In this document: piece after piece, positions 29,374 through 32,000 of the stretch | Position numbering within the stretch: the stretch's first letter is position 1 | Layout of the letters: each line of letters starts with the position of its first letter | DNA from: Oleispira antarctica RB-8 | Lineage (GTDB): Bacteria > Pseudomonadota > Gammaproteobacteria > Pseudomonadales > Oceanobacteraceae | Assembly: GCA_000967895.1 (NCBI GenBank) | Contig: FO203512.1 | Location: 3,315,531 to 3,347,530 of the forward strand | Length of the DNA: 32,000 nt | Direction: 5' to 3' | Program-made: the position numbers and the translations under genes | Notes under the pieces: generated by a model | Databases searched by the model: none | What the model saw: only the letters and a program-made list of their open reading frames with translations | What the model was told of the DNA's origin: nothing

Positions 29374-29958
29374 ATGGGCAACCGACTATCAAAAATATCC
29401 ACCAAAACAGGTGACAAAGGCGAAACCGGCTTAGGTGATGGTAGTCGGATTAGTAAAACGTCGACACGTATTCACGTCATTGGCGAAGTCGATGAAGTAA
29501 ATTCTTGGGTGGGTGTTTTGGCCGCTGAATTGGATTCAGACGATCATCATCAGATGATTCTTAGCCAAATTCAGCATGATTTGTTCGATCTAGGTGGCGA
29601 GCTTTGTGTGCCAGGCTATAAAGCCTTAGCACCCAGTATGCTCGAAGAATTAGAAAATACACTGGTTAATATCAACGAAGCCTTACCCCCGCTAAAGGAT
29701 TTTATTTTACCGGGTGGCAGCAAAGCTGCATCTTATTGTCACATGGTAAGAACGGTTAGTCGTCGTGCGGAACGTTCGATCGTTGCTTTAGCTAACGAAG
29801 AAGCTGAGGCGGGTAATGAAATTAATCCACTTGCGGTTCAGTACCTAAACCGCTTGTCAGATTTTTTCTTTGTATTAGCCAGAGATATTGCTAGAAAAAA
29901 TGACGGCCAAGAAATTCTATGGAAAAGCCGTCATACGAAATCTAAGAAAGATGCTTAA
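29374..29958 (+). CDS. PduO-type cob(I)alamin adenosyltransferase
   Basis: ISTKTGDKGETGLGDGSRISKTSTRIHVIGEVDEVNSWVGVL ... FILPGGSKAASYCHMVRTVSRRAERSIVAL ... NPLAVQYLNRLSDFFFVLAR. ATG 29374 has AAGGA just upstream; track start 29341 less likely. Confidence 0.95.
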   Translation: MGNRLSKISTKTGDKGETGLGDGSRISKTSTRIHVIGEVDEVNSWVGVLAAELDSDDHHQMILSQIQHDLFDLGGELCVPGYKALAPSMLEELENTLVNINEALPPLKDFILPGGSKAASYCHMVRTVSRRAERSIVALANEEAEAGNEINPLAVQYLNRLSDFFFVLARDIARKNDGQEILWKSRHTKSKKDA

Positions 29959-29967
29959 TACTACCTA

Positions 29968-30005
29968 TTTTAACTAGCGGGTATTTTAAAAGCCGCTAGT
30001 TAAAA
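29968..30005. terminator. Bidirectional terminator between convergent genes
   Basis: TTTTAACTAGCGG (29968-29980) / CCGCTAGTTAAAA (29993-30005), 13-bp perfect stem, 12-nt loop. Confidence 0.8.
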
Positions 30006-30047
30006 AGCAGAAAGTGGGGAGGATGTGAAAACATAACACCTTCTCCA

Positions 30048-32000
30048 CTATACTTTGAATCGTTCGACCCTTTGCTTTAAAGACTCCGTTAAAGACTGAG
30101 TTTGACGCACGGCATCTACCGTTCCTTCTACATTTTTTGCGGTCTCTTCACCATGCCCTCGAATAACCGATAAATTATTATTCAAGGCTTTAGCTGCTTC
30201 TTGCTGACTGCTGGCAGTGGAAACAATCTCTAATGTCTTTCTTTGAATCTCTTGCATACTACCTTGAATACTTTCTAAGGCCTCACCCACCTGACCAGAA
30301 CTATCAACTGTTTTATTTACCATCGTTCTATTAATTTCCATAGTCTCAACAGCGCGTTGAATATTTTGCTGTACTTCCTTAATGAGACCTTCAATTTCTT
30401 CAGCTGAACCCTGTGTACGACTCGCTAATGTTCTCACTTCATCAGCAACCACCGCAAAACCACGCCCTTGCTCACCCGCACGCGCAGCTTCGATTGCCGC
30501 GTTTAATGCCAGTAAGTTAGTTTGTTCGGCAATCCCTTTAATCGTACCTAAAATAGAGCTGATATTGGTTGAGTTATCGGCTAAACGATTCACCGCTTCC
30601 ATTGAATTACTCATTTCTTCCGACAGTTGCTGCACATCGGTAATCACATGATCAACCACTTTGCCTGCTTGCTGTGAACGATCCGCTCCCGAAAGAGCCG
30701 CTTGTTCAGCCTCACCCGCCATGATGACAACCGTACTCGCTCGATCAGACATATCAGTAATCGTATTCGCAACTTCTTCAGTTTGCAGCATCTGAGTATT
30801 CACTGACTTACGACTGTTATTTGCAATAGTCTCGACATCAGCCACCTTTTCACCGACATTTTCAGCGGTATCTTTGACTGTTGACAAAATGCCACGAACT
30901 TCTGACGTCATTTCATTAAAGGCATCCCTTAATTGCCCCATTTCATCTGTGCCAGCAAAGACTATGACCTGAGTTAAGTCTCCTTTTGCTATCTTTTGGG
31001 CGGCACTAAAGAAGCGGGCGATAGAGTATTGAACTGATAAGAAGAAGGCCGAGTACAAGTAAATAATAATTGCCATTACTGTTAATAATACAGACGCGGT
31101 CACCAACATATGTGAATTTTGATCATCTAAACGTGCTTGTAATTTTTTACCAATTAATGGCAATACCATGCCATCTAGGTCACGCAACGCCTGTATTTTA
31201 GACTGAGCCATCGCTTCAAAATCAACCCAATCCATAGTGACACTCGTTGCAGCGATGATTTCTTCATCTAATGTCATCTGAATATCAAGCATGCCATTAC
31301 CCGAATTTTTAGCCTGTTCAGCAACGCTATCTAAGCCTAATGCTTCTAAACTACTGGTCACTAACTGTATATCTGGTACTGCAGCAGCCATTTGATCAAA
31401 GACGTCATTTAAAAAATCATAAGTCATAGATTGAAGGTATTTTTCAATCATCGCGAAAATGCTCGCTGAATAGCCAAGACCTGCCGCATCACGTATCACA
31501 GGTGAGTTGGCTAGAGATATGATCAATAACTGCTGAATCTCGGGATCTGAATCCAGCGCTAAACCTGTGCTTTGTGCGTACTTATTAATCACAAGATAAA
31601 GCTGATCGATTACTTCCTGATAAAACTTAAATTGATCAGGCAAGGTAGGCATTCGCGCATTACCATCAACACTCAACTTGCTGAAATTATTCTTTTTAAA
31701 AGCAATCAACTGTTCGCTAAGGTCATCATTTTCAATGGCCTCAATCGCTTTGTTAAATTGGCCATCAATACTTAAACGATATTCCTTCACTCGGCTATTC
31801 AGCCTTGTGTCCTGCTGAAAGATCGATGGGGATGCATAATTACGATAATCTTCAATCGTATACACAACATTCATCATGCTTTGGATATTATCTACCGCAA
31901 CTAATTCACTCTCAGTTTTCTTTAGACTTTGATAGGATGCATAAAATACTTGGCCACTTAAAAAGACCAAAGGCACCATGAATAAAAAGCTAATCAATCC
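30048..32000 (-). CDS. Methyl-accepting chemotaxis protein, N-terminus beyond right window edge
   Basis: HAMP-like region and MCP hairpin tip ([48 protein letters not shown]). The reported start at 31997 is a TTG near the edge and the frame stays open, so the 5' end is probably truncated. Confidence 0.93.
   Translation of the reverse strand, partial: GLISFLFMVPLVFLSGQVFYASYQSLKKTESELVAVDNIQSMMNVVYTIEDYRNYASPSIFQQDTRLNSRVKEYRLSIDGQFNKAIEAIENDDLSEQLIAFKKNNFSKLSVDGNARMPTLPDQFKFYQEVIDQLYLVINKYAQSTGLALDSDPEIQQLLIISLANSPVIRDAAGLGYSASIFAMIEKYLQSMTYDFLNDVFDQMAAAVPDIQLVTSSLEALGLDSVAEQAKNSGNGMLDIQMTLDEEIIAATSVTMDWVDFEAMAQSKIQALRDLDGMVLPLIGKKLQARLDDQNSHMLVTASVLLTVMAIIIYLYSAFFLSVQYSIARFFSAAQKIAKGDLTQVIVFAGTDEMGQLRDAFNEMTSEVRGILSTVKDTAENVGEKVADVETIANNSRKSVNTQMLQTEEVANTITDMSDRASTVVIMAGEAEQAALSGADRSQQAGKVVDHVITDVQQLSEEMSNSMEAVNRLADNSTNISSILGTIKGIAEQTNLLALNAAIEAARAGEQGRGFAVVADEVRTLASRTQGSAEEIEGLIKEVQQNIQRAVETMEINRTMVNKTVDSSGQVGEALESIQGSMQEIQRKTLEIVSTASSQQEAAKALNNNLSVIRGHGEETAKNVEGTVDAVRQTQSLTESLKQRVERFKV

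Overview
This is a chromosomal, mostly housekeeping window from a gammaproteobacterium (inferred as marine/Oceanospirillales-like). I see no CRISPR array, prophage, intact insertion sequence or recognisable defence island. Main content, left to right: a TRAP-type transporter group on the minus strand (permease running off the left edge, solute-binding protein, TatT-like lipoprotein); DUF2147; PhoH/PIN; a CbiX chelatase with a TonB receptor; a thioesterase and a LysR regulator; a degenerate response regulator; a MalT/LuxR regulator; groESL with a sigma32-like promoter; fxsA; an SDR - alkyltransferase-like - AmpG-like operon; yajQ; a RAYT/Y1-transposase-derived protein; a PanE-like reductase; an orphan sensor kinase; a cobalamin riboswitch with a btuB-like receptor, a lipoprotein and a PduO-type adenosyltransferase; and a chemotaxis receptor truncated at the right edge. 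The observations most worth follow-up are: (1) a RAYT-like protein whose HUH histidines and catalytic tyrosine all appear replaced; (2) an NrtS-like small membrane gene at 9699-9922, missing from the ORF track and split by an apparent 1-nt frameshift; (3) a possibly BtuG-like beta-propeller lipoprotein in the riboswitch-controlled B12 operon; (4) a near-perfect anti-B12-box sequence in the riboswitch expression platform.
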